Origin: Naegleria gruberi
Lineage: Eukaryota
Length of the DNA stretch: 64,000 nt
Direction: 5' to 3' (one strand)
Assembly: GCA_000004985.1 (NCBI GenBank)
Contig: GG738852.1
Part shown: one piece after another, positions 24,001 to 36,000 of the stretch
Numbering within the stretch: the first letter of the stretch is position 1
Layout of the letters: the number at the start of each line of letters is the position of its first letter
The notes under the pieces: generated by a model
Told to the model about the DNA's origin: nothing
Databases searched by the model: none
Seen by the model: the letters and a program-made list of their open reading frames with translations, nothing else
Program-made: the position numbers and the translations under genes

Positions 24001-27000
24001 NNNNNNNNNNNNNNNNNNNNNNNNNNNNNNNNNNNNNNNNNNNNNNNNNNNNNNNNNNNNNNNNNNNNNNNNNNNNNNNNNNNNNNNNNNNNNNNNNNNN
24101 NNNNNNNNNNNNNNNNNNNNNNNNNNNNNNNNNNNNNNNNNNNNNNNNNNNNNNNNNNNNNNNNNNNNNNNNNNNNNNNNNNNNNNNNNNNNNNNNNNNN
24201 NNNNNNNNNNNNNNNNNNNNNNNNNNNNNNNNNNNNNNNNNNNNNNNNNNNNNNNNNNNNNNNNNNNNNNNNNNNNNNNNNNNNNNNNNNNNNNNNNNNN
24301 NNNNNNNNNNNNNNNNNNNNNNNNNNNNNNNNNNNNNNNNNNNNNNNNNNNNNNNNNNNNNNNNNNNNNNNNNNNNNNNNNNNNNNNNNNNNNNNNNNNN
24401 NNNNNNNNNNNNNNNNNNNNNNNNNNNNNNNNNNNNNNNNNNNNNNNNNNNNNNNNNNNNNNNNNNNNNNNNNNNNNNNNNNNNNNNNNNNNNNNNNNNN
24501 NNNNNNNNNNNNNNNNNNNNNNNNNNNNNNNNNNNNNNNNNNNNNNNNNNNNNNNNNNNNNNNNNNNNNNNNNNNNNNNNNNNNNNNNNNNNNNNNNNNN
24601 NNNNNNNNNNNNNNNNNNNNNNNNNNNNNNNNNNNNNNNNNNNNNNNNNNNNNNNNNNNNNNNNNNNNNNNNNNNNNNNNNNNNNNNNNNNNNNNNNNNN
24701 NNNNNNNNNNNNNNNNNNNNNNNNNNNNNNNNNNNNNNNNNNNNNNNNNNNNNNNNNNNNNNNNNNNNNNNNNNNNNNNNNNNNNNNNNNNNNNNNNNNN
24801 NNNNNNNNNNNNNNNNNNNNNNNNNNNNNNNNNNNNNNNNNNNNNNNNNNNNNNNNNNNNNNNNNNNNNNNNNNNNNNNNNNNNNNNNNNNNNNNNNNNN
24901 NNNNNNNNNNNNNNNNNNNNNNNNNNNNNNNNNNNNNNNNNNNNNNNNNNNNNNNNNNNNNNNNNNNNNNNNNNNNNNNNNNNNNNNNNNNNNNNNNNNN
25001 NNNNNNNNNNNNNNNNNNNNNNNNNNNNNNNNNNNNNNNNNNNNNNNNNNNNNNNNNNNNNNNNNNNNNNNNNNNNNNNNNNNNNNNNNNNNNNNNNNNN
25101 NNNNNNNNNNNNNNNNNNNNNNNNNNNNNNNNNNNNNNNNNNNNNNNNNNNNNNNNNNNNNNNNNNNNNNNNNNNNNNNNNNNNNNNNNNNNNNNNNNNN
25201 NNNNNNNNNNNNNNNNNNNNNNNNNNNNNNNNNNNNNNNNNNNNNNNNNNNNNNNNNNNNNNNNNNNNNNNNNNNNNNNNNNNNNNNNNNNNNNNNNNNN
25301 NNNNNNNNNNNNNNNNNNNNNNNNNNNNNNNNNNNNNNNNNNNNNNNNNNNNNNNNNNNNNNNNNNNNNNNNNNNNNNNNNNNNNNNNNNNNNNNNNNNN
25401 NNNNNNNNNNNNNNNNNNNNNNNNNNNNNNNNNNNNNNNNNNNNNNNNNNNNNNNNNNNNNNNNNNNNNNNNNNNNNNNNNNNNNNNNNNNNNNNNNNNN
25501 NNNNNNNNNNNNNNNNNNNNNNNNNNNNNNNNNNNNNNNNNNNNNNNNNNNNNNNNNNNNNNNNNNNNNNNNNNNNNNNNNNNNNNNNNNNNNNNNNNNN
25601 NNNNNNNNNNNNNNNNNNNNNNNNNNNNNNNNNNNNNNNNNNNNNNNNNNNNNNNNNNNNNNNNNNNNNNNNNNNNNNNNNNNNNNNNNNNNNNNNNNNN
25701 NNNNNNNNNNNNNNNNNNNNNNNNNNNNNNNNNNNNNNNNNNNNNNNNNNNNNNNNNNNNNNNNNNNNNNNNNNNNNNNNNNNNNNNNNNNNNNNNNNNN
25801 NNNNNNNNNNNNNNNNNNNNNNNNNNNNNNNNNNNNNNNNNNNNNNNNNNNNNNNNNNNNNNNNNNNNNNNNNNNNNNNNNNNNNNNNNNNNNNNNNNNN
25901 NNNNNNNNNNNNNNNNNNNNNNNNNNNNNNNNNNNNNNNNNNNNNNNNNNNNNNNNNNNNNNNNNNNNNNNNNNNNNNNNNNNNNNNNNNNNNNNNNNNN
26001 NNNNNNNNNNNNNNNNNNNNNNNNNNNNNNNNNNNNNNNNNNNNNNNNNNNNNNNNNNNNNNNNNNNNNNNNNNNNNNNNNNNNNNNNNNNNNNNNNNNN
26101 NNNNNNNNNNNNNNNNNNNNNNNNNNNNNNNNNNNNNNNNNNNNNNNNNNNNNNNNNNNNNNNNNNNNNNNNNNNNNNNNNNNNNNNNNNNNNNNNNNNN
26201 NNNNNNNNNNNNNNNNNNNNNNNNNNNNNNNNNNNNNNNNNNNNNNNNNNNNNNNNNNNNNNNNNNNNNNNNNNNNNNNNNNNNNNNNNNNNNNNNNNNN
26301 NNNNNNNNNNNNNNNNNNNNNNNNNNNNNNNNNNNNNNNNNNNNNNNNNNNNNNNNNNNNNNNNNNNNNNNNNNNNNNNNNNNNNNNNNNNNNNNNNNNN
26401 NNNNNNNNNNNNNNNNNNNNNNNNNNNNNNNNNNNNNNNNNNNNNNNNNNNNNNNNNNNNNNNNNNNNNNNNNNNNNNNNNNNNNNNNNNNNNNNNNNNN
26501 NNNNNNNNNNNNNNNNNNNNNNNNNNNNNNNNNNNNNNNNNNNNNNNNNNNNNNNNNNNNNNNNNNNNNNNNNNNNNNNNNNNNNNNNNNNNNNNNNNNN
26601 NNNNNNNNNNNNNNNNNNNNNNNNNNNNNNNNNNNNNNNNNNNNNNNNNNNNNNNNNNNNNNNNNNNNNNNNNNNNNNNNNNNNNNNNNNNNNNNNNNNN
26701 NNNNNNNNNNNNNNNNNNNNNNNNNNNNNNNNNNNNNNNNNNNNNNNNNNNNNNNNNNNNNNNNNNNNNNNNNNNNNNNNNNNNNNNNNNNNNNNNNNNN
26801 NNNNNNNNNNNNNNNNNNNNNNNNNNNNNNNNNNNNNNNNNNNNNNNNNNNNNNNNNNNNNNNNNNNNNNNNNNNNNNNNNNNNNNNNNNNNNNNNNNNN
26901 NNNNNNNNNNNNNNNNNNNNNNNNNNNNNNNNNNNNNNNNNNNNNNNNNNNNNNNNNNNNNNNNNNNNNNNNNNNNNNNNNNNNNNNNNNNNNNNNNNNN

Positions 27001-30000
27001 NNNNNNNNNNNNNNNNNNNNNNNNNNNNNNNNNNNNNNNNNNNNNNNNNNNNNNNNNNNNNNNNNNNNNNNNNNNNNNNNNNNNNNNNNNNNNNNNNNNN
27101 NNNNNNNNNNNNNNNNNNNNNNNNNNNNNNNNNNNNNNNNNNNNNNNNNNNNNNNNNNNNNNNNNNNNNNNNNNNNNNNNNNNNNNNNNNNNNNNNNNNN
27201 NNNNNNNNNNNNNNNNNNNNNNNNNNNNNNNNNNNNNNNNNNNNNNNNNNNNNNNNNNNNNNNNNNNNNNNNNNNNNNNNNNNNNNNNNNNNNNNNNNNN
27301 NNNNNNNNNNNNNNNNNNNNNNNNNNNNNNNNNNNNNNNNNNNNNNNNNNNNNNNNNNNNNNNNNNNNNNNNNNNNNNNNNNNNNNNNNNNNNNNNNNNN
27401 NNNNNNNNNNNNNNNNNNNNNNNNNNNNNNNNNNNNNNNNNNNNNNNNNNNNNNNNNNNNNNNNNNNNNNNNNNNNNNNNNNNNNNNNNNNNNNNNNNNN
27501 NNNNNNNNNNNNNNNNNNNNNNNNNNNNNNNNNNNNNNNNNNNNNNNNNNNNNNNNNNNNNNNNNNNNNNNNNNNNNNNNNNNNNNNNNNNNNNNNNNNN
27601 NNNNNNNNNNNNNNNNNNNNNNNNNNNNNNNNNNNNNNNNNNNNNNNNNNNNNNNNNNNNNNNNNNNNNNNNNNNNNNNNNNNNNNNNNNNNNNNNNNNN
27701 NNNNNNNNNNNNNNNNNNNNNNNNNNNNNNNNNNNNNNNNNNNNNNNNNNNNNNNNNNNNNNNNNNNNNNNNNNNNNNNNNNNNNNNNNNNNNNNNNNNN
27801 NNNNNNNNNNNNNNNNNNNNNNNNNNNNNNNNNNNNNNNNNNNNNNNNNNNNNNNNNNNNNNNNNNNNNNNNNNNNNNNNNNNNNNNNNNNNNNNNNNNN
27901 NNNNNNNNNNNNNNNNNNNNNNNNNNNNNNNNNNNNNNNNNNNNNNNNNNNNNNNNNNNNNNNNNNNNNNNNNNNNNNNNNNNNNNNNNNNNNNNNNNNN
28001 NNNNNNNNNNNNNNNNNNNNNNNNNNNNNNNNNNNNNNNNNNNNNNNNNNNNNNNNNNNNNNNNNNNNNNNNNNNNNNNNNNNNNNNNNNNNNNNNNNNN
28101 NNNNNNNNNNNNNNNNNNNNNNNNNNNNNNNNNNNNNNNNNNNNNNNNNNNNNNNNNNNNNNNNNNNNNNNNNNNNNNNNNNNNNNNNNNNNNNNNNNNN
28201 NNNNNNNNNNNNNNNNNNNNNNNNNNNNNNNNNNNNNNNNNNNNNNNNNNNNNNNNNNNNNNNNNNNNNNNNNNNNNNNNNNNNNNNNNNNNNNNNNNNN
28301 NNNNNNNNNNNNNNNNNNNNNNNNNNNNNNNNNNNNNNNNNNNNNNNNNNNNNNNNNNNNNNNNNNNNNNNNNNNNNNNNNNNNNNNNNNNNNNNNNNNN
28401 NNNNNNNNNNNNNNNNNNNNNNNNNNNNNNNNNNNNNNNNNNNNNNNNNNNNNNNNNNNNNNNNNNNNNNNNNNNNNNNNNNNNNNNNNNNNNNNNNNNN
28501 NNNNNNNNNNNNNNNNNNNNNNNNNNNNNNNNNNNNNNNNNNNNNNNNNNNNNNNNNNNNNNNNNNNNNNNNNNNNNNNNNNNNNNNNNNNNNNNNNNNN
28601 NNNNNNNNNNNNNNNNNNNNNNNNNNNNNNNNNNNNNNNNNNNNNNNNNNNNNNNNNNNNNNNNNNNNNNNNNNNNNNNNNNNNNNNNNNNNNNNNNNNN
28701 NNNNNNNNNNNNNNNNNNNNNNNNNNNNNNNNNNNNNNNNNNNNNNNNNNNNNNNNNNNNNNNNNNNNNNNNNNNNNNNNNNNNNNNNNNNNNNNNNNNN
28801 NNNNNNNNNNNNNNNNNNNNNNNNNNNNNNNNNNNNNNNNNNNNNNNNNNNNNNNNNNNNNNNNNNNNNNNNNNNNNNNNNNNNNNNNNNNNNNNNNNNN
28901 NNNNNNNNNNNNNNNNNNNNNNNNNNNNNNNNNNNNNNNNNNNNNNNNNNNNNNNNNNNNNNNNNNNNNNNNNNNNNNNNNNNNNNNNNNNNNNNNNNNN
29001 NNNNNNNNNNNNNNNNNNNNNNNNNNNNNNNNNNNNNNNNNNNNNNNNNNNNNNNNNNNNNNNNNNNNNNNNNNNNNNNNNNNNNNNNNNNNNNNNNNNN
29101 NNNNNNNNNNNNNNNNNNNNNNNNNNNNNNNNNNNNNNNNNNNNNNNNNNNNNNNNNNNNNNNNNNNNNNNNNNNNNNNNNNNNNNNNNNNNNNNNNNNN
29201 NNNNNNNNNNNNNNNNNNNNNNNNNNNNNNNNNNNNNNNNNNNNNNNNNNNNNNNNNNNNNNNNNNNNNNNNNNNNNNNNNNNNNNNNNNNNNNNNNNNN
29301 NNNNNNNNNNNNNNNNNNNNNNNNNNNNNNNNNNNNNNNNNNNNNNNNNNNNNNNNNNNNNNNNNNNNNNNNNNNNNNNNNNNNNNNNNNNNNNNNNNNN
29401 NNNNNNNNNNNNNNNNNNNNNNNNNNNNNNNNNNNNNNNNNNNNNNNNNNNNNNNNNNNNNNNNNNNNNNNNNNNNNNNNNNNNNNNNNNNNNNNNNNNN
29501 NNNNNNNNNNNNNNNNNNNNNNNNNNNNNNNNNNNNNNNNNNNNNNNNNNNNNNNNNNNNNNNNNNNNNNNNNNNNNNNNNNNNNNNNNNNNNNNNNNNN
29601 NNNNNNNNNNNNNNNNNNNNNNNNNNNNNNNNNNNNNNNNNNNNNNNNNNNNNNNNNNNNNNNNNNNNNNNNNNNNNNNNNNNNNNNNNNNNNNNNNNNN
29701 NNNNNNNNNNNNNNNNNNNNNNNNNNNNNNNNNNNNNNNNNNNNNNNNNNNNNNNNNNNNNNNNNNNNNNNNNNNNNNNNNNNNNNNNNNNNNNNNNNNN
29801 NNNNNNNNNNNNNNNNNNNNNNNNNNNNNNNNNNNNNNNNNNNNNNNNNNNNNNNNNNNNNNNNNNNNNNNNNNNNNNNNNNNNNNNNNNNNNNNNNNNN
29901 NNNNNNNNNNNNNNNNNNNNNNNNNNNNNNNNNNNNNNNNNNNNNNNNNNNNNNNNNNNNNNNNNNNNNNNNNNNNNNNNNNNNNNNNNNNNNNNNNNNN

Positions 30001-33000
30001 NNNNNNNNNNNNNNNNNNNNNNNNNNNNNNNNNNNNNNNNNNNNNNNNNNNNNNNNNNNNNNNNNNNNNNNNNNNNNNNNNNNNNNNNNNNNNNNNNNNN
30101 NNNNNNNNNNNNNNNNNNNNNNNNNNNNNNNNNNNNNNNNNNNNNNNNNNNNNNNNNNNNNNNNNNNNNNNNNNNNNNNNNNNNNNNNNNNNNNNNNNNN
30201 NNNNNNNNNNNNNNNNNNNNNNNNNNNNNNNNNNNNNNNNNNNNNNNNNNNNNNNNNNNNNNNNNNNNNNNNNNNNNNNNNNNNNNNNNNNNNNNNNNNN
30301 NNNNNNNNNNNNNNNNNNNNNNNNNNNNNNNNNNNNNNNNNNNNNNNNNNNNNNNNNNNNNNNNNNNNNNNNNNNNNNNNNNNNNNNNNNNNNNNNNNNN
30401 NNNNNNNNNNNNNNNNNNNNNNNNNNNNNNNNNNNNNNNNNNNNNNNNNNNNNNNNNNNNNNNNNNNNNNNNNNNNNNNNNNNNNNNNNNNNNNNNNNNN
30501 NNNNNNNNNNNNNNNNNNNNNNNNNNNNNNNNNNNNNNNNNNNNNNNNNNNNNNNNNNNNNNNNNNNNNNNNNNNNNNNNNNNNNNNNNNNNNNNNNNNN
30601 NNNNNNNNNNNNNNNNNNNNNNNNNNNNNNNNNNNNNNNNNNNNNNNNNNNNNNNNNNNNNNNNNNNNNNNNNNNNNNNNNNNNNNNNNNNNNNNNNNNN
30701 NNNNNNNNNNNNNNNNNNNNNNNNNNNNNNNNNNNNNNNNNNNNNNNNNNNNNNNNNNNNNNNNNNNNNNNNNNNNNNNNNNNNNNNNNNNNNNNNNNNN
30801 NNNNNNNNNNNNNNNNNNNNNNNNNNNNNNNNNNNNNNNNNNNNNNNNNNNNNNNNNNNNNNNNNNNNNNNNNNNNNNNNNNNNNNNNNNNNNNNNNNNN
30901 NNNNNNNNNNNNNNNNNNNNNNNNNNNNNNNNNNNNNNNNNNNNNNNNNNNNNNNNNNNNNNNNNNNNNNNNNNNNNNNNNNNNNNNNNNNNNNNNNNNN
31001 NNNNNNNNNNNNNNNNNNNNNNNNNNNNNNNNNNNNNNNNNNNNNNNNNNNNNNNNNNNNNNNNNNNNNNNNNNNNNNNNNNNNNNNNNNNNNNNNNNNN
31101 NNNNNNNNNNNNNNNNNNNNNNNNNNNNNNNNNNNNNNNNNNNNNNNNNNNNNNNNNNNNNNNNNNNNNNNNNNNNNNNNNNNNNNNNNNNNNNNNNNNN
31201 NNNNNNNNNNNNNNNNNNNNNNNNNNNNNNNNNNNNNNNNNNNNNNNNNNNNNNNNNNNNNNNNNNNNNNNNNNNNNNNNNNNNNNNNNNNNNNNNNNNN
31301 NNNNNNNNNNNNNNNNNNNNNNNNNNNNNNNNNNNNNNNNNNNNNNNNNNNNNNNNNNNNNNNNNNNNNNNNNNNNNNNNNNNNNNNNNNNNNNNNNNNN
31401 NNNNNNNNNNNNNNNNNNNNNNNNNNNNNNNNNNNNNNNNNNNNNNNNNNNNNNNNNNNNNNNNNNNNNNNNNNNNNNNNNNNNNNNNNNNNNNNNNNNN
31501 NNNNNNNNNNNNNNNNNNNNNNNNNNNNNNNNNNNNNNNNNNNNNNNNNNNNNNNNNNNNNNNNNNNNNNNNNNNNNNNNNNNNNNNNNNNNNNNNNNNN
31601 NNNNNNNNNNNNNNNNNNNNNNNNNNNNNNNNNNNNNNNNNNNNNNNNNNNNNNNNNNNNNNNNNNNNNNNNNNNNNNNNNNNNNNNNNNNNNNNNNNNN
31701 NNNNNNNNNNNNNNNNNNNNNNNNNNNNNNNNNNNNNNNNNNNNNNNNNNNNNNNNNNNNNNNNNNNNNNNNNNNNNNNNNNNNNNNNNNNNNNNNNNNN
31801 NNNNNNNNNNNNNNNNNNNNNNNNNNNNNNNNNNNNNNNNNNNNNNNNNNNNNNNNNNNNNNNNNNNNNNNNNNNNNNNNNNNNNNNNNNNNNNNNNNNN
31901 NNNNNNNNNNNNNNNNNNNNNNNNNNNNNNNNNNNNNNNNNNNNNNNNNNNNNNNNNNNNNNNNNNNNNNNNNNNNNNNNNNNNNNNNNNNNNNNNNNNN
32001 NNNNNNNNNNNNNNNNNNNNNNNNNNNNNNNNNNNNNNNNNNNNNNNNNNNNNNNNNNNNNNNNNNNNNNNNNNNNNNNNNNNNNNNNNNNNNNNNNNNN
32101 NNNNNNNNNNNNNNNNNNNNNNNNNNNNNNNNNNNNNNNNNNNNNNNNNNNNNNNNNNNNNNNNNNNNNNNNNNNNNNNNNNNNNNNNNNNNNNNNNNNN
32201 NNNNNNNNNNNNNNNNNNNNNNNNNNNNNNNNNNNNNNNNNNNNNNNNNNNNNNNNNNNNNNNNNNNNNNNNNNNNNNNNNNNNNNNNNNNNNNNNNNNN
32301 NNNNNNNNNNNNNNNNNNNNNNNNNNNNNNNNNNNNNNNNNNNNNNNNNNNNNNNNNNNNNNNNNNNNNNNNNNNNNNNNNNNNNNNNNNNNNNNNNNNN
32401 NNNNNNNNNNNNNNNNNNNNNNNNNNNNNNNNNNNNNNNNNNNNNNNNNNNNNNNNNNNNNNNNNNNNNNNNNNNNNNNNNNNNNNNNNNNNNNNNNNNN
32501 NNNNNNNNNNNNNNNNNNNNNNNNNNNNNNNNNNNNNNNNNNNNNNNNNNNNNNNNNNNNNNNNNNNNNNNNNNNNNNNNNNNNNNNNNNNNNNNNNNNN
32601 NNNNNNNNNNNNNNNNNNNNNNNNNNNNNNNNNNNNNNNNNNNNNNNNNNNNNNNNNNNNNNNNNNNNNNNNNNNNNNNNNNNNNNNNNNNNNNNNNNNN
32701 NNNNNNNNNNNNNNNNNNNNNNNNNNNNNNNNNNNNNNNNNNNNNNNNNNNNNNNNNNNNNNNNNNNNNNNNNNNNNNNNNNNNNNNNNNNNNNNNNNNN
32801 NNNNNNNNNNNNNNNNNNNNNNNNNNNNNNNNNNNNNNNNNNNNNNNNNNNNNNNNNNNNNNNNNNNNNNNNNNNNNNNNNNNNNNNNNNNNNNNNNNNN
32901 NNNNNNNNNNNNNNNNNNNNNNNNNNNNNNNNNNNNNNNNNNNNNNNNNNNNNNNNNNNNNNNNNNNNNNNNNNNNNNNNNNNNNNNNNNNNNNNNNNNN

Positions 33001-36000
33001 NNNNNNNNNNNNNNNNNNNNNNNNNNNNNNNNNNNNNNNNNNNNNNNNNNNNNNNNNNNNNNNNNNNNNNNNNNNNNNNNNNNNNNNNNNNNNNNNNNNN
33101 NNNNNNNNNNNNNNNNNNNNNNNNNNNNNNNNNNNNNNNNNNNNNNNNNNNNNNNNNNNNNNNNNNNNNNNNNNNNNNNNNNNNNNNNNNNNNNNNNNNN
33201 NNNNNNNNNNNNNNNNNNNNNNNNNNNNNNNNNNNNNNNNNNNNNNNNNNNNNNNNNNNNNNNNNNNNNNNNNNNNNNNNNNNNNNNNNNNNNNNNNNNN
33301 NNNNNNNNNNNNNNNNNNNNNNNNNNNNNNNNNNNNNNNNNNNNNNNNNNNNNNNNNNNNNNNNNNNNNNNNNNNNNNNNNNNNNNNNNNNNNNNNNNNN
33401 NNNNNNNNNNNNNNNNNNNNNNNNNNNNNNNNNNNNNNNNNNNNNNNNNNNNNNNNNNNNNNNNNNNNNNNNNNNNNNNNNNNNNNNNNNNNNNNNNNNN
33501 NNNNNNNNNNNNNNNNNNNNNNNNNNNNNNNNNNNNNNNNNNNNNNNNNNNNNNNNNNNNNNNNNNNNNNNNNNNNNNNNNNNNNNNNNNNNNNNNNNNN
33601 NNNNNNNNNNNNNNNNNNNNNNNNNNNNNNNNNNNNNNNNNNNNNNNNNNNNNNNNNNNNNNNNNNNNNNNNNNNNNNNNNNNNNNNNNNNNNNNNNNNN
33701 NNNNNNNNNNNNNNNNNNNNNNNNNNNNNNNNNNNNNNNNNNNNNNNNNNNNNNNNNNNNNNNNNNNNNNNNNNNNNNNNNNNNNNNNNNNNNNNNNNNN
33801 NNNNNNNNNNNNNNNNNNNNNNNNNNNNNNNNNNNNNNNNNNNNNNNNNNNNNNNNNNNNNNNNNNNNNNNNNNNNNNNNNNNNNNNNNNNNNNNNNNNN
33901 NNNNNNNNNNNNNNNNNNNNNNNNNNNNNNNNNNNNNNNNNNNNNNNNNNNNNNNNNNNNNNNNNNNNNNNNNNNNNNNNNNNNNNNNNNNNNNNNNNNN
34001 NNNNNNNNNNNNNNNNNNNNNNNNNNNNNNNNNNNNNNNNNNNNNNNNNNNNNNNNNNNNNNNNNNNNNNNNNNNNNNNNNNNNNNNNNNNNNNNNNNNN
34101 NNNNNNNNNNNNNNNNNNNNNNNNNNNNNNNNNNNNNNNNNNNNNNNNNNNNNNNNNNNNNNNNNNNNNNNNNNNNNNNNNNNNNNNNNNNNNNNNNNNN
34201 NNNNNNNNNNNNNNNNNNNNNNNNNNNNNNNNNNNNNNNNNNNNNNNNNNNNNNNNNNNNNNNNNNNNNNNNNNNNNNNNNNNNNNNNNNNNNNNNNNNN
34301 NNNNNNNNNNNNNNNNNNNNNNNNNNNNNNNNNNNNNNNNNNNNNNNNNNNNNNNNNNNNNNNNNNNNNNNNNNNNNNNNNNNNNNNNNNNNNNNNNNNN
34401 NNNNNNNNNNNNNNNNNNNNNNNNNNNNNNNNNNNNNNNNNNNNNNNNNNNNNNNNNNNNNNNNNNNNNNNNNNNNNNNNNNNNNNNNNNNNNNNNNNNN
34501 NNNNNNNNNNNNNNNNNNNNNNNNNNNNNNNNNNNNNNNNNNNNNNNNNNNNNNNNNNNNNNNNNNNNNNNNNNNNNNNNNNNNNNNNNNNNNNNNNNNN
34601 NNNNNNNNNNNNNNNNNNNNNNNNNNNNNNNNNNNNNNNNNNNNNNNNNNNNNNNNNNNNNNNNNNNNNNNNNNNNNNNNNNNNNNNNNNNNNNNNNNNN
34701 NNNNNNNNNNNNNNNNNNNNNNNNNNNNNNNNNNNNNNNNNNNNNNNNNNNNNNNNNNNNNNNNNNNNNNNNNNNNNNNNNNNNNNNNNNNNNNNNNNNN
34801 NNNNNNNNNNNNNNNNNNNNNNNNNNNNNNNNNNNNNNNNNNNNNNNNNNNNNNNNNNNNNNNNNNNNNNNNNNNNNNNNNNNNNNNNNNNNNNNNNNNN
34901 NNNNNNNNNNNNNNNNNNNNNNNNNNNNNNNNNNNNNNNNNNNNNNNNNNNNNNNNNNNNNNNNNNNNNNNNNNNNNNNNNNNNNNNNNNNNNNNNNNNN
35001 NNNNNNNNNNNNNNNNNNNNNNNNNNNNNNNNNNNNNNNNNNNNNNNNNNNNNNNNNNNNNNNNNNNNNNNNNNNNNNNNNNNNNNNNNNNNNNNNNNNN
35101 NNNNNNNNNNNNNNNNNNNNNNNNNNNNNNNNNNNNNNNNNNNNNNNNNNNNNNNNNNNNNNNNNNNNNNNNNNNNNNNNNNNNNNNNNNNNNNNNNNNN
35201 NNNNNNNNNNNNNNNNNNNNNNNNNNNNNNNNNNNNNNNNNNNNNNNNNNNNNNNNNNNNNNNNNNNNNNNNNNNNNNNNNNNNNNNNNNNNNNNNNNNN
35301 NNNNNNNNNNNNNNNNNNNNNNNNNNNNNNNNNNNNNNNNNNNNNNNNNNNNNNNNNNNNNNNNNNNNNNNNNNNNNNNNNNNNNNNNNNNNNNNNNNNN
35401 NNNNNNNNNNNNNNNNNNNNNNNNNNNNNNNNNNNNNNNNNNNNNNNNNNNNNNNNNNNNNNNNNNNNNNNNNNNNNNNNNNNNNNNNNNNNNNNNNNNN
35501 NNNNNNNNNNNNNNNNNNNNNNNNNNNNNNNNNNNNNNNNNNNNNNNNNNNNNNNNNNNNNNNNNNNNNNNNNNNNNNNNNNNNNNNNNNNNNNNNNNNN
35601 NNNNNNNNNNNNNNNNNNNNNNNNNNNNNNNNNNNNNNNNNNNNNNNNNNNNNNNNNNNNNNNNNNNNNNNNNNNNNNNNNNNNNNNNNNNNNNNNNNNN
35701 NNNNNNNNNNNNNNNNNNNNNNNNNNNNNNNNNNNNNNNNNNNNNNNNNNNNNNNNNNNNNNNNNNNNNNNNNNNNNNNNNNNNNNNNNNNNNNNNNNNN
35801 NNNNNNNNNNNNNNNNNNNNNNNNNNNNNNNNNNNNNNNNNNNNNNNNNNNNNNNNNNNNNNNNNNNNNNNNNNNNNNNNNNNNNNNNNNNNNNNNNNNN
35901 NNNNNNNNNNNNNNNNNNNNNNNNNNNNNNNNNNNNNNNNNNNNNNNNNNNNNNNNNNNNNNNNNNNNNNNNNNNNNNNNNNNNNNNNNNNNNNNNNNNN